Made by a program: the position numbers and the translations under genes
Shown here: in pieces, positions 61,931 to 64,000 of the stretch
Layout: each line of letters begins with the position of its first letter
Numbering within the stretch: position 1 is the stretch's first letter
Notes under the pieces: generated by a model
Databases searched by the model: none
What the model saw: only the letters and a program-made list of their open reading frames with translations
What the model was told of the DNA's origin: nothing
DNA from: Felis catus
Lineage: Eukaryota
Length of the DNA: 64,000 bases
Assembly (NCBI RefSeq): GCF_018350175.1
Contig: NC_058368.1
Coordinates: 3,162,001 to 3,226,000 of the forward strand
Direction of reading: 5' to 3'

Positions 61931-64000
61931 GGTACTATTCATTTTTCCCTGCTCATGTCCACAGTGCCTAAAGTCAACTCATCAGTTTCTCGCGTGGCCC
62001 GCTCACGAAAGGCCCTTTGTCTCACATGCCCTTGTCCGTCCTCAGAGGGCCCAGCACAGAGCCTTGGCCATAATGACCACGCAAACAATATTCGCTGAGG
62101 AAGTTAGATGGAGCAGACGCGCTTCCTAATCTCCAGCGTCTCGCACCCCTTTGTGCGCTCGTGTCCCCAGGTCGAGGCAAGACATCGTGTCTCGCGATTA
62201 TCCACAACAATTTTCTCCACAATACAAACTGTCAAGGTCAATTATGCGTCACTTAGGTGTTTTCATCTTAGCACAGAAATGTTCTTTTTCTTGCCCTCCT
62301 GGAAGAATTTCACAAGAATTGCAGAGGCTGACTAAACGATTGCAGAATTTCTGCATTTCTGCCAAATTGCGTTGAAGAATAACAACAAAAATAAATAGCA
62401 TTCGTCCTAAAGTCATGTAGGAGCAGGTTCAGGCAGAGAACAAAGCGTGACATGTGGGAATTGGCCAACGCACGTGGTTCTCACAACACTGGCTCTATTG
62501 TCAGCAATGATAAAACCTGAGAAAAGGCCTTGGCAAGTCTGCGGTACATTTATTTGTTTTTGAGCTTTGATAATGGGTTGGCTGTGATGTGATCTTTATT
62601 ACACCGTGCAATGTAAAATGCAGCTTGTTTTCAAAAGCCATTGCCAATGACTGGCAGATATTTATTTCAATGACAGCCAGTGATCTGAACGTCTCAGGTC
62701 ATTCTGTACTTGCTCACTTTTCCACGAATAACTTCCCATGTAAGGAGACGTGTTTGGACCTACTTGAACTCATTATATAACCCCAGGTTAGCGAGGGATG
62801 TTTTGGAAGGCTAGGGAAGACCTGTTGTGTCTCTGAGACAATTAACTGTTTCCGTTCTTGATTTAGCTCTTACTGCATGTGACGGCCAAGGCACTTCATT
62901 TAGAAATATCCAGCAGACCAGCATTCACAAATTTGTCACTAGGCATTTTGGCCTAAGGCCAACCGGTTACAAGGGATTCTTCGCTGGTAGGGGGGTTTAT
63001 GTATTATTCTGTTTGTAGAATGAGAAAGACATCCAGTTTTGTAAAAACATACAGGGCTCACCATATCAAAGCCAGAGAGCTCATTGCTTATGTACCATTT
63101 CCTCATGGAATTTCCCCCCGGAGAGTCCGAGAAGTTACATTTTTGAGGCATTTTAATAGAAAGCCTCCTGGGAAAACCAAGAATGATGGTTTCATCTTCA
63201 ATTTCATGGGCTTCCATTTAATTAGATCACATTAATCTTTTAACGTTTAGTTTATAGTATCGCACTGAGGGTTTACAAATTGATAGGGAAGAGAGGAAAG
63301 GCCGTCAGCGGGAGAATAATGCATCCTCTCGGAGGAGCGAAGAGGTGGGGAATAGGAGCCTGAGCAAGGCGTGGTCCGCTGACATGGAAAGAGTGGAAAG
63401 AGGGCTGAGTCATTTGTCCTGTTCATACGTCTTCAGACAACAGGACTTTCTATTCCGGTGAGCCAAGGCTGGTAGCCATGTTTTCTTGGGCTGGCAAGAA
63501 TTAAAAAACGCTTTGAGTTGGAATGCGTTTAGGGCGAACATGCAGTGCCCAGCACCCACTGGCTTTGGTTCCTCCGTAGTGTAGTGCCTAGGCCCTGAAG
63601 GCCCCTGAGTTGGGGAACTCAGATTTCCCACTCGATCCGTGTGTAGAGCGTGGCCACTAGACGTGGTGCTGGAGTTTCAGATAGGGTGTGAATACCCTAT
63701 GAAAAGTTTTGAAAATTAAGGTGACTCTAGAAAAAGTATATTGGTGTCCAAGAATTCATTCTGAAGTTCTGCAGGTCAGTGAAGGGATTAGCAAGTCCAC
63801 AGTTGTGTTCACCTCCAAGGTTATGGTTCTTGGTCACAGACCTTTGACTGTTAAACCAGATTTCTTATGTTTCTTTGCACCCTTCGCCCTACGTCCTTTC
63901 TGTCCACTTTTTATCAAACCAGGTTTTCCCTTTGCCATTTCTCTTTCTTGTCGCAAATATTTACTATAATAGACATATATACTTTAAAATATAAGCAGAA

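Overview
This window is mammalian genomic DNA, almost certainly felid (cat-like). The evidence is about 22 tRNA-derived carnivore SINEs, two of them near-pristine SINEC_Fc-type copies, and an L1_Fc-type 3' end. It reads as intergenic or deep-intronic. I can support no host protein-coding exon, no RNA gene and no CRISPR array or prokaryotic system. The only recognisable protein similarity is decayed LINE-1 ORF2. Most of the sequence is layered transposon debris: an ~11 kb nested L1 cluster (about 16.9-27.1 kb), MaLR LTRs including one LTR-internal-LTR provirus remnant, and L2, MIR, CR1 and hAT fragments. Simple repeats include a 980-bp A-free pyrimidine tract. The most interesting signals are structural: nested insertions with readable target-site duplications (TSDs), re-use of one insertion site, an AT-rich palindrome, a templated-insertion-like repair scar, a close inverted SINE pair, and repeat-poor blocks that may be regulatory. 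I did not find convincing evidence of a new biological system. Repeat subfamily names come from recalled consensus features, not from a database search, and boundaries of old elements are approximate.
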